This document shows, one piece after another, positions 1-8,495 of a stretch of DNA of 34,831 nt. The notes below the pieces were generated by a model. The model saw nothing but the letters and a program-made list of their open reading frames with translations. It was not told where the DNA came from and did no database searches. Position 1 is the stretch's first letter. Every line of letters begins with the position of its first letter. The position numbers were made by a program, and so were the translations under genes. This DNA comes from Chitinophagales bacterium (GTDB lineage: Bacteria; Bacteroidota; Bacteroidia; Chitinophagales; BACL12): the NCBI GenBank assembly GCA_035439505.1, contig DAORKJ010000001.1:1-34831 (forward strand), written 5' to 3'.

Positions 1-99
1 GAGTTTTTGAAAATAGATGCCAAACAGGAATTTGGCAACTCAACGCAACCCTCTCCGTTTATTGGGTTCAGACCGGTAATTACGGCTACCGTATATTAA
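1..99 (+). CDS. 3' end of a gene truncated by the window edge: C-terminus of an FGE/SUMF1-like domain protein, paralogous to the next gene
   Basis: Frame 1 translates to EFLKIDAKQEFGNSTQPSPFIGFRPVITATVY* with a stop at 97-99. Its ...SPFIGFRxVI tail matches the C-terminus SPFIGFRTVIEV of the downstream ORF 148..933. Confidence 0.55.
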   Translation, partial: EFLKIDAKQEFGNSTQPSPFIGFRPVITATVY

Positions 100-147
100 C
101 ATCCCAAAATTGCTTATTGCATTTTTATGTTTATTTTTAACTAAAAT

Positions 148-933
148 ATGCCAGCTATAAAACGGATTTCTACGTCATGTTTACTACTTATTGTAATTTT
201 TACAATAAGTATATCGGCTTTGCGAACTCCTTCCATACAAAAAACATTAAAAAAAGATGGTTATGTTGCCGTAAATGAATTACCCAATGGCAATCAGTTA
301 TTTTTTTCAACAACAGAGGTTTCAAATGCACAATACCGAGCATTTATTTCTTATCTGAAAACTAATCAACGCTCCAACGATTTGGTTATTGCTCAAGTAG
401 ATTCAGCAGCTTGGACCAATACATTTGCGTATAACGCGCCGTATGTGAATTATTATTTTCAACATACTGCTTACGACAATTATCCGGTGGTAAATATTAC
501 CTATGAAGGCGCTCAATTATATTGCGATTGGTTAACAGCACAATATAAAAATAAAGGCTATACCGTTAAAGTACGTTTGCCCGAAGCGGATGAATGGATT
601 GTTGCTGCTCAAGGCGGAAATTCGCAAAATACATTTGGATGGGAAGGGAATAATTTAACCGATAAAAAAGGTAATCCATTGGCTAATTATAAATGGAATA
701 TGGAAAAAGCAATAATAGTTTCACCGGTAAATTCCTATCAGCCAAATGGTTTCGGCATTTATAATATGAGTGGCAATGTTGCTGAAATGTTACAAACAAA
801 AGGCAATCATAAAGGTGGAAGTTGGTTGAGTGAACAACAATATGTAACCGTATCAGGTGATGATGAATATAATGATATCACAACAGCATCACCATTTATT
901 GGTTTCAGGACGGTAATTGAAGTTTCAAAATAA
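148..933 (+). CDS. Secreted FGE-sulfatase/SUMF1-like domain protein, apparently non-catalytic (GldJ/GldK/PorK-like fold)
   Basis: Signal peptide. FGE-domain motifs PEADEWIVAAQGG, GNVAEM and KGGSWL are present and the protein ends in GFR. No cysteine pair follows the GGSW motif, where the catalytic cysteines of true formylglycine-generating enzymes sit. Confidence 0.8.
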   Translation: MPAIKRISTSCLLLIVIFTISISALRTPSIQKTLKKDGYVAVNELPNGNQLFFSTTEVSNAQYRAFISYLKTNQRSNDLVIAQVDSAAWTNTFAYNAPYVNYYFQHTAYDNYPVVNITYEGAQLYCDWLTAQYKNKGYTVKVRLPEADEWIVAAQGGNSQNTFGWEGNNLTDKKGNPLANYKWNMEKAIIVSPVNSYQPNGFGIYNMSGNVAEMLQTKGNHKGGSWLSEQQYVTVSGDDEYNDITTASPFIGFRTVIEVSK

Positions 934-944
934 TAACATAACTT

Positions 945-1304
945 ATGATAAAAAAACTACTTGTTGCATTTTTATTCGGAATTGGATTATTAACAACAAA
1001 TGGCTTGTCTGCTCAAACAGCTTGTACCGATATCGTCATCCCCGATGTATTTACTCCTAACGGAGATGGCATTAACGATTTATTGGTAATTACCTGCATC
1101 GAAAATTATCCGGATAATAGTTTAACTATTTACAACCGTTGGGGCGAAGTTATGTATCAGGCAGAAGGTTATAGCAATAATTGGGATGGTCGTGGTGAAA
1201 AAAATAAAAGTGATGTTCCCGATGGTACTTATGCTTTTATTTTTAAAGCAAAAATGGGTGGAGAAGAAAAATCGTTAACCGGTTCAATTACCATAACCCG
1301 ATGA
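945..1304 (+). CDS. 119-aa protein made only of a signal peptide plus a T9SS type-B / gliding-motility-associated C-terminal sorting domain (CHU_C-like)
   Basis: Signal peptide MIKKLLVAFLFGIGLLTTNGLSAQ. CHU_C/TIGR04131-like motifs DVFTPNGDGINDLL and IYNRWGEVMY. There is no passenger domain. The stop overlaps the next start (ATGA). Confidence 0.75.
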   Translation: MIKKLLVAFLFGIGLLTTNGLSAQTACTDIVIPDVFTPNGDGINDLLVITCIENYPDNSLTIYNRWGEVMYQAEGYSNNWDGRGEKNKSDVPDGTYAFIFKAKMGGEEKSLTGSITITR

Positions 1305-2191
1305 AATTAAAAAGTATTATCATTTGCTGGCTATTGCTTTTTTGTTGTGTATATAATACCAATGCACAACAGCCGTGGTTTTCAAATTTTAATAATAATG
1401 TAATTGCACTTAATCCAGCATTTACCGGCAATGAATATCATTTATCGGTAAGAGGTCAGTACAAAACAATGTGGACCGAAATAATTAATCCGCCGGCAAC
1501 TTCATTAATTAGTGCACATGCACCTATCGGAATAAGTAATTCTTCACTTGGCGGAATAATATCTTACGATAATTTTGGGGTAACTACTACCACCAATTTA
1601 AGCATTAATTATGCTTATCGGTTTCAAACAAAAATAGGCAGAATTGCAACAGGTATGCTTTTTAATGTGCAGAATTATCAGGAGCAACTCACGGCAACAC
1701 ATCCAACAACACCAAACGACCCTGTATTAGCTGCAGATTATAATGCCCTATTTTTTAATGGCGGATTAGGCATAGCATGGGAATCGGAGACCGGTTATTT
1801 TGGTATTGCGGTTCCGGCAATATTAACCCCAAGAAGAAATGATTCAAACGACACTATTGCACTAAATGCACCGCAATTAAATTTGAACGGTGCTTATACA
1901 TTTATTTTATCATCCAATTGGAAATTAACCTCTTCCTTGTATTATGGTTACATCAATACATTGCCTTCACAAATGGCGCTGATGTTTGATTTTACCTTCA
2001 AAAATAATTATGCATTTTTAGCCGGCATTCGCAGCAATAATGCCTATACCGCAGGATTTAATTATACGTTTTTAGATAATTTTAAAATTGGTTACACTTA
2101 CGATTATTTTGACAATAATGTTGGCGCTGCAGCCGGTGGCGGACATGAGTTGGTAATTGGCTTCGATTTAAATAAACCTGAAGGAGAATAA
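1301..2191 (+). CDS. PorP/SprF family T9SS outer-membrane protein
   Basis: 296 aa with a signal peptide ending NAQQ. The composition is beta-barrel-like. It sits immediately downstream of a type-B CTD gene, which is the typical cargo-PorP/SprF arrangement, and the two are translationally coupled by a 4-bp overlap. Confidence 0.75.
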   Translation: MKLKSIIICWLLLFCCVYNTNAQQPWFSNFNNNVIALNPAFTGNEYHLSVRGQYKTMWTEIINPPATSLISAHAPIGISNSSLGGIISYDNFGVTTTTNLSINYAYRFQTKIGRIATGMLFNVQNYQEQLTATHPTTPNDPVLAADYNALFFNGGLGIAWESETGYFGIAVPAILTPRRNDSNDTIALNAPQLNLNGAYTFILSSNWKLTSSLYYGYINTLPSQMALMFDFTFKNNYAFLAGIRSNNAYTAGFNYTFLDNFKIGYTYDYFDNNVGAAAGGGHELVIGFDLNKPEGE

Positions 2192-2195
2192 AAGT

Positions 2196-2909
2196 ATGCA
2201 TTGTTTATACGCTCCTGATTTACATGACCAAACGCAATTCACTTTAAGTGAAAGTGAATCGCATCATCTCATAAATGTATTGCGTGCAAAATCGGGCGAT
2301 CAAATCATTATTACAAATGGTAATGGCCGTTTATTTGAAGCGGTGATAGCAGTTGCACATAAAAAACATACCACTGTTGATATTATTGCTACCAGCAATT
2401 TTACACGCACACAAGGCAGTATTCACCTTGTTATTGCACCGGTTAAAACGGCAGAACGTTTAGGGTATTTATTGGAAAAAATTACTGAATTAAATGTATC
2501 CTCCATCACCCCAATTTTAACTCAAAATGGGGAACGCAGGGTTTTTCATCACGAAAAAGAAATCCATCATCTCATTGCTGCAATTAAACAATCAAAAAAT
2601 CCGTTTCTTCCGATATTATATCCCTTAACAACATTTGAAAAATTATTAACGGACCTTCAGCAAAATGTAGCACAAAAATTGATATGTCATTGTCGCAATA
2701 CACCAAAAATGAAACTGACACAACAATATCAACCTAAGCAAGATGTAATTATTTGTATAGGCCCTGAGGGTGACTTTACCACTGAAGAAGTTGCAGCAGC
2801 TGAGCAGGCCGGATTTACCTCCGTAAGCTTGGGCAATGAAGTACTTCGGGCAGAAACTGCTGGTATTGTAGCTGCCGTAACCATTAAAACCGTTAACGCA
2901 TTGTCATGA
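2196..2909 (+). CDS. rsmE: 16S rRNA (uracil1498-N3)-methyltransferase RsmE
   Basis: N-terminus MHCLYAPDL. C-terminal motifs ICIGPEGDFTTEEV and LRAETAGIVA are characteristic of RsmE. 237 aa. Confidence 0.85.
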   Translation: MHCLYAPDLHDQTQFTLSESESHHLINVLRAKSGDQIIITNGNGRLFEAVIAVAHKKHTTVDIIATSNFTRTQGSIHLVIAPVKTAERLGYLLEKITELNVSSITPILTQNGERRVFHHEKEIHHLIAAIKQSKNPFLPILYPLTTFEKLLTDLQQNVAQKLICHCRNTPKMKLTQQYQPKQDVIICIGPEGDFTTEEVAAAEQAGFTSVSLGNEVLRAETAGIVAAVTIKTVNALS

Positions 2910-3583
2910 AACGAGCCACATTTATACTTGGAATAGTTAGTTTAATTACCACCCTCATGGCATTTTCATCAATGCCCCCAACTAATTCTATTGCATTATT
3001 AAAATATAATGGTGGTGGCGACTGGTATGCGAACCCTACCTCATTACCGAATCTGGCTGAATTTTGTAATAAGCAACTCGATATTAATATCAATACCGAC
3101 CCTCCAACAGTTGAGGTTGGAAGTCCTGATATTTTTAATTATCCGTTTATCCATATGACAGGACATGGCAATGTGGTGTTTTCGGCTGAAGAAGCTCAAA
3201 ACCTGCGCACCTATTTAATTGCAGGCGGTTTTTTGCATGTTGATGATAACTTTGGCATGGACCCTTATATTCGGCCTGCATTGAAAAAGGTATTTCCTGA
3301 ATTGGACCTAGTAGAATTACCTTTTTCGCATCCTATATTTCATCAGCGTTACGATTTTAAAAATGGCTTACCCAAAATTCATGAGCATGATAATAAACCA
3401 CCACGGGCATTTGGCTTGTTTTGGGAAGGTCGTTTAGTATGTTTATATACTTATGAGTGCGATTTAGGTGATGGCTGGGAAGATGCCGATGTGCACAAGG
3501 ACCCTGAAGAGGTTAGAATGAAAGCCCTACAAATGGGGGCTAATATCATTCAGTTTGTATTTATGGATAACACATCTAAGTGA
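2906..3583 (+). CDS. Hypothetical secreted/membrane-anchored protein, DUF4159-like (conserved GGG motif)
   Basis: N-terminal hydrophobic segment followed by LLKYNGGGDWYANP. Overlaps rsmE by 4 bp (ATGA coupling). The family assignment is from memory only. Confidence 0.5.
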   Translation: MKRATFILGIVSLITTLMAFSSMPPTNSIALLKYNGGGDWYANPTSLPNLAEFCNKQLDININTDPPTVEVGSPDIFNYPFIHMTGHGNVVFSAEEAQNLRTYLIAGGFLHVDDNFGMDPYIRPALKKVFPELDLVELPFSHPIFHQRYDFKNGLPKIHEHDNKPPRAFGLFWEGRLVCLYTYECDLGDGWEDADVHKDPEEVRMKALQMGANIIQFVFMDNTSK

Positions 3584-3635
3584 ATACCTTACTATTGCTT
3601 GGATAATTTAATATTTTTTTCATACTTTCGTTGTT

Positions 3636-3643
3636 GGGGGGGG
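3636..3643. repeat. G8 homopolymeric tract in the promoter/leader of the response-regulator operon
   Basis: The sequence ttgttGGGGGGGGagtaatttcat lies 35-42 bp upstream of the ATG at 3678. It is the only long G/C homopolymer in an AT-rich intergenic region. Confidence 0.6.
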
Positions 3644-3677
3644 AGTAATTTCATTATCTAATTGATTAACTGTCAAG

Positions 3678-4127
3678 ATGAAATCCCAAAAGGATGATGT
3701 AATACAAATTTTACTGGTGGAAGACAACCCCGGTGATATTCGATTGACCCAGGAAGCTTTAAAAGAAGGGACAATTAGAAATGAACTACATGTGGTTAAA
3801 GATGGCGTGGAAGCAATCGAATTTTTGAAGCGCAAGGGCAAATATATTGCACATCCAACACCCGATATTATTTTATTAGATTTAAACCTGCCTCGTAAAG
3901 ATGGACGTGAAGTATTGGCAGAAATAAAATCAGACGAAAACTTAAAGTTAATACCCGTAATCATACTCACCACTTCTGATGCTGATTTAGACATTCAGAA
4001 AAGTTATAAATTACATGCCAATTGTTTTATCACCAAACCAGTAGATTTAGATCAGTTTATATTTATCATCAGACAAATAGAAACATTTTGGTTTACAGTT
4101 GTAAAACTACCGGCAAAAAAATACTAA
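3678..4127 (+). CDS. Single-domain response regulator (CheY-like receiver)
   Basis: [13 protein letters not shown], phospho-acceptor context [13 protein letters not shown], and a conserved K in FITKP. 149 aa with no output domain. Confidence 0.85.
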   Translation: MKSQKDDVIQILLVEDNPGDIRLTQEALKEGTIRNELHVVKDGVEAIEFLKRKGKYIAHPTPDIILLDLNLPRKDGREVLAEIKSDENLKLIPVIILTTSDADLDIQKSYKLHANCFITKPVDLDQFIFIIRQIETFWFTVVKLPAKKY

Positions 4128-4134
4128 AACCCTG

Positions 4135-5070
4135 ATGGACCTTAAACAAACAACCAACATCCTACTAATTGAAGATAATCCTGCCGATGCAAGATTGGTG
4201 GAAATTTATCTCAATGAGTCATCCATGATTATACCTAAAATTTCGCGCGTAGCGGAATTAAAAAAGGGTTTATTCATGCTAGAAGAAAGTGATTTTGATG
4301 TCGTATTACTTGACCTTACACTTCCTGACAGCTCAGGGTTTGATACCGTTAAAACCATATTAAATGAATTCCCGGGTCAAACCGTAATAGTAATGACCGG
4401 TTTGGAGGATGATACGGTAGCTATTAATTCAGTAAAAGCAGGTGCTCAGGATTTTATTGTAAAAGGACAATTCGATAGTAATTTATTATCACGTACTATT
4501 ACATATGCCATCGAACGTCATCAACTCCAAATTAAATTGGAGGATTATGCCAAGGCGATAAAATTAAACGAACAACGATTAATTGAAGCCCAAACAATGG
4601 CTCGTATGGGTAACTGGGAACTCGATGTGGTAAATAATCAAATGTATTGGAGTAATGAGGTATTTCGTATCCTTGGTTTTAAAGAAAATGCCATAGAACC
4701 TACCCTCAACGATTACTTAAAATATGTTGCTCCCGAAGATATTAATAATGTGCGCAATGCGATTAAACGCACCATGGAAAAAGGACAGCCTTATCATATT
4801 GAATATGCAGTAGTATTGCCGGGTAATGTCCGCAAAACAATTGCTAACCAAGGTTTAATTCAAAAAAGTAAAAAAAGTAATGGCCTTTGTTTAGCGGGTA
4901 CAATACAGGATATTTCTAATTTATCTGCACTTCACGATGGCCACTCCATCAATATTGAAGCATTAAATCAACAATTACAATTAATTAAAACAGAAGCAGC
5001 AAAATTAAAAGGTGCGGAACATTTGCAAAAGCTTATCAACGACGCTGCTGATTTACTCCAAACTAAATAG
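4135..5070 (+). CDS. Response regulator with a receiver domain plus a PAS domain and a C-terminal coiled-coil; no enzymatic or DNA-binding output
   Basis: Receiver motifs LLIEDNPADARLV and VVLLDLTLPDSSG. PAS-like segment NWELDVVNNQMYWSNEVFRILGF. Lies 7 bp after the previous response-regulator gene, so the two are probably an operon. Confidence 0.8.
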   Translation: MDLKQTTNILLIEDNPADARLVEIYLNESSMIIPKISRVAELKKGLFMLEESDFDVVLLDLTLPDSSGFDTVKTILNEFPGQTVIVMTGLEDDTVAINSVKAGAQDFIVKGQFDSNLLSRTITYAIERHQLQIKLEDYAKAIKLNEQRLIEAQTMARMGNWELDVVNNQMYWSNEVFRILGFKENAIEPTLNDYLKYVAPEDINNVRNAIKRTMEKGQPYHIEYAVVLPGNVRKTIANQGLIQKSKKSNGLCLAGTIQDISNLSALHDGHSINIEALNQQLQLIKTEAAKLKGAEHLQKLINDAADLLQTK

Positions 5071-5122
5071 CCACAACTAATGGCTTAATGAACATTATCG
5101 TATTTATTTTTGTTAAATAAAT

Positions 5123-5584
5123 ATGTGGAAATTCTTTTTATTCCTGATTATCAACTTTCTTGCGCTGGGCATCGGTAGCTGGTTAATGGGCAATCCTGCC
5201 ACAAACGAGTGGTATAATGGTCTTAACAAAGCTCCTTGGACACCACCGGGTTGGGTTTTTGGTGCTGCATGGTTCACTGTAATGTTCTCTTTTGCGGTAT
5301 ATATGTTCAAAGGAGCTAGTTTATTTCCTCCCGAAAAACTGAACTTACTGTATGTACTTTTTGCCATTCAGTTTGTGCTAAATGTAATGTGGAATCCTGT
5401 TTTTTTCAGATGGCATTTTGTAGCTCCGGGACTCATCATAATATCATTACTCGCAATTGTTATGGTAATTATGTTGGTGTTTGGAAAAAATCAAATGGGA
5501 TGGAATACACTTTGGGTATTACCTTATGTATTATGGCTGTGTATAGCTACTTCTCTAAATGCTTACGTCTTGTTTAAGAATTAA
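5123..5584 (+). CDS. tspO: TspO/MBR family tryptophan-rich sensory protein
   Basis: Five-TM, Trp-rich protein. Motifs WYNGLNKAPWTPPGWVFGAAWFTVM. 153 aa. Confidence 0.85.
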   Translation: MWKFFLFLIINFLALGIGSWLMGNPATNEWYNGLNKAPWTPPGWVFGAAWFTVMFSFAVYMFKGASLFPPEKLNLLYVLFAIQFVLNVMWNPVFFRWHFVAPGLIIISLLAIVMVIMLVFGKNQMGWNTLWVLPYVLWLCIATSLNAYVLFKN

Positions 5585-5591
5585 ATTACAT

Positions 5592-5984
5592 TTATTCAGT
5601 AATCATCACCCGGTCAGTACCATCAAAATACGGACTTTGAATACTCATTACTTTTAAAGGGGTTGAAGAAGTTACTTTTACCGCATGGAGGGTGTTTTGC
5701 GGAATTACAATAAAGTCATTTGCTTTAATGTCGAACCATTTATCACCTAAACGCATACTTGCAGTACCTTCCAGAATATATACTTGTTCAGTGTGCCATT
5801 CGTGTTTATGTAATGCCACTTCATGTTTAATGTAAATAATAAATGTAGTAGCTAGTGAATCAGAATACACCTGAATTGCCTTTATATTTTCAAACGGCTC
5901 TTGAGGTGGTTGAGATATATCAATTACCTGAGCAGGTAGTCTAAAAAAGCAGCCTATAAATATTAAACTGAGAAATACTTTCAT
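5592..5984 (-). CDS. Secreted cupin-domain protein
   Basis: Signal peptide MKVFLSLIFIGCFFRLPAQ. His-rich cupin motif HKHEWHTEQVYILEG...H. Convergent with tspO. Confidence 0.6.
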   Translation of the reverse strand: MKVFLSLIFIGCFFRLPAQVIDISQPPQEPFENIKAIQVYSDSLATTFIIYIKHEVALHKHEWHTEQVYILEGTASMRLGDKWFDIKANDFIVIPQNTLHAVKVTSSTPLKVMSIQSPYFDGTDRVMITE

Positions 5985-6010
5985 CGCATCAATTTGAATA
6001 CCTAAAAGTA

Positions 6011-8494
6011 TTAAAATTTTGCAACGATTTTAAAATTTAATCTGCGGTCTGTCAAATAATTCGGGAAAGAATATTGCTGGTTATTGACATCCTTCACCCA
6101 AATATAGCTGATGGTATTTTGTATGCCCAACAGGTTAAATACCTCTATACTGGCCCACATACTTTCAAAGGCTTTATTAATGGGTTTTTTATTTTCAAGA
6201 TTTCTATCCTTGTCTAACAAAGAAGCGGAAAAACCAATATCCACGCGGCGGTAAGGAGGAATTTTAGAAGCATTGCGATAATACTCATTATTCGGAGGAC
6301 CATATGGTAAACCACTGCCAAATAAAAAGCTTAAATGCACTTTAAAATTTTCGTTACCCGGCATATAATCCTGGAAAAACATACCAAAGTTGATCAGCTG
6401 GTCAGTTGGTCTGCGAATATAACCTTGTTCAACAATAGTGAATGAAGTAATATTACCATCTTCATCTTTATTCAAAATGATTGTACTATCATTTTCAATA
6501 TCTTCTTTTGTCCGCATAACGCTTAAACTCACCCAGCTTTCCGCATCTTTCACAATTTCACCATGCAAACGTAAATCAATACCTGCAGCATAACCAACAG
6601 CTTGGTTTTCACCATAATATCGAATACGCACATTTTCCAAATCATAAGGAATAAGGTCGAACATGTATTTATAATACAATTCAGTTATAAATCTGAAGTC
6701 TCGATCCCATGCCTGAAATTTATAATCACTTCCAATTAAAAGGTGCACACTTTTCTGACTCTTTACATTTTCATTTATTTCTCCTTCCAGGTTGCGCAAT
6801 TCACGATAAAACGGAGGCTGATAATATAAACCTGCTGCCGCTTTAAATTCAATATTCACAGTTGTATCCTTTCTATACCATTCGGGTTGCCAAATGTATT
6901 GTACACGTGGTGTGATAGTAAACTCTTTATTTAAATCCCAATAACTGGCTCTGATACCATAAGTTAAGGCAAAATGTTTTTGTTGTGGTTCCCATGCATC
7001 CTGAATATAAGCATTGTAGCGCATGCTGTTGAGCGCAATATTACTTTTAAATACTTCTTGCAATTGCACTTCTTCTCCGGTGTAAGGCAACGAAAAACCT
7101 GCGCTGTCCAGTAATTCCCATTCTTTTAATTCGTCATTAATTAACTCATATTGTGCCCTTACACCCCATTGTAAAAAATGTGTTTCTACAAGATTACTAT
7201 GTGAACCTACATGACCAATATTAATAACATCAGATGTGAGATAATTTCTGGCAAAATCCTGGAAAGTACCAACACCCAAACCATAAATTACATCTCCAAA
7301 ATCTTCATCAGCTAAATTGGTTTCAACTAAGCCTAACCAATATTCTCCAATAATATCAAACGTTTCAGATTCTAAACTGTGGTAACCCGATGCTAAAAAT
7401 TTGTATACGGTACTTTTTGTTGGTTGATAATTATAAGAAACCCCGCCGAAACCTGTAATAAACTGATCAATTTCCTGCCCGTCGAAAAATACATCTAACT
7501 GTATAACTTCATTCACCAAACCGGTTGCTGTTGATCTGCTTTCAGGAATAAATGTATAACTGTTATAACTGAAATTGCCTAAAAATTCTAATGATGATTT
7601 TTTATTGAGTTGAATGCCGAGTAAACCTTGTGCATCAACAAATATTGGTTCGTATTGGCCTGCAGTATTTAGTGAGTTGAGTAAATATTTATTGGTTTTA
7701 TATCGGGTACCGAATAAATAATAAATTTTACTGGAATCGGGTTTATCATTAAAATAAAACGAAGCGCCTAACAAACTGGCAGTGACACCTGCTTCAAATT
7801 CTGTAGGCTTTTTGTATTGAATATCTAATACACTCGAAAGTTTATCACCATATTTAGCTTCAAATCCGCCGGCACTGAAGGCGATATTATCAATTAAATC
7901 GTAATTGGGAAAAGGCAAACCCTCTTGCTGTCCTGAACGCACCAACAAAGGTCGATAAATCTCAAAATCGTTGACATATACCAGGTTCTCATCGAAGTTG
8001 CCACCTCGAATAGAATATTGTGAAGTAAGCTCATTATTAATTACCGCTCCCATTGCCTGCAATATGGCTGTTAACGGGTCCATAGTATATGGTATAGGTT
8101 CAAGTTTTTCGACGGGAATACGGAATATGGTTTCTTTTACATTGATTTCAACAGTACCCAATTGATAACCTGATAATTTTACAATAATTACATACCGTTC
8201 ATCAGGTGCTAAAAATACTTTTCGATAAGCAGTATCACTTAAATTGGAATATTTTAAAACTACTGTATCATTTGCCGGAATTTTGATGGAATAATTACCA
8301 TCTACATCGCTTTGCGCAATAATGCTGCGATCAATTGCAATTACATTGGCATAAGGAATTGCCTTGCCATCAGTATCGGTAATTTTTCCATATACAGTTG
8401 CTGTTTGTTGAGCAAATGAGGACAAAGACACTAGAAGAAATAGTGTGGTTAAAAAGCTGCGAAACATCACTTCAACAAACGCCGTTTTTTGCAT
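6011..8494 (-). CDS. TonB-dependent-receptor-like outer-membrane protein (carboxypeptidase-regulatory-like N-domain, plug, beta-barrel)
   Basis: Signal peptide ..SFAQQ. CarbopepD_reg-like segment TVYGKITDTDGKAIPYANV...DGNYSI. Large beta-barrel ending in a C-terminal aromatic residue (..KIVAKF). 827 aa. Confidence 0.7.
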   Translation of the reverse strand: MQKTAFVEVMFRSFLTTLFLLVSLSSFAQQTATVYGKITDTDGKAIPYANVIAIDRSIIAQSDVDGNYSIKIPANDTVVLKYSNLSDTAYRKVFLAPDERYVIIVKLSGYQLGTVEINVKETIFRIPVEKLEPIPYTMDPLTAILQAMGAVINNELTSQYSIRGGNFDENLVYVNDFEIYRPLLVRSGQQEGLPFPNYDLIDNIAFSAGGFEAKYGDKLSSVLDIQYKKPTEFEAGVTASLLGASFYFNDKPDSSKIYYLFGTRYKTNKYLLNSLNTAGQYEPIFVDAQGLLGIQLNKKSSLEFLGNFSYNSYTFIPESRSTATGLVNEVIQLDVFFDGQEIDQFITGFGGVSYNYQPTKSTVYKFLASGYHSLESETFDIIGEYWLGLVETNLADEDFGDVIYGLGVGTFQDFARNYLTSDVINIGHVGSHSNLVETHFLQWGVRAQYELINDELKEWELLDSAGFSLPYTGEEVQLQEVFKSNIALNSMRYNAYIQDAWEPQQKHFALTYGIRASYWDLNKEFTITPRVQYIWQPEWYRKDTTVNIEFKAAAGLYYQPPFYRELRNLEGEINENVKSQKSVHLLIGSDYKFQAWDRDFRFITELYYKYMFDLIPYDLENVRIRYYGENQAVGYAAGIDLRLHGEIVKDAESWVSLSVMRTKEDIENDSTIILNKDEDGNITSFTIVEQGYIRRPTDQLINFGMFFQDYMPGNENFKVHLSFLFGSGLPYGPPNNEYYRNASKIPPYRRVDIGFSASLLDKDRNLENKKPINKAFESMWASIEVFNLLGIQNTISYIWVKDVNNQQYSFPNYLTDRRLNFKIVAKF

Positions 8495-8495
8495 A

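Noticed and set aside
931-960. Idea that the FGE-like ORF and the CTD-only ORF are one gene split by a frameshift or sequencing error
   Set aside because: Two consecutive in-frame stop codons (TAATAA) end the first ORF. The second ORF begins with a complete, canonical signal peptide, which would be nonsensical internally.
3620-3994. 124-aa ORF antisense to the CheY-like response regulator
   Set aside because: It lies entirely within, and opposite to, a gene with unmistakable receiver-domain motifs. It has serine- and low-complexity-rich composition and no start context. This is a shadow ORF.
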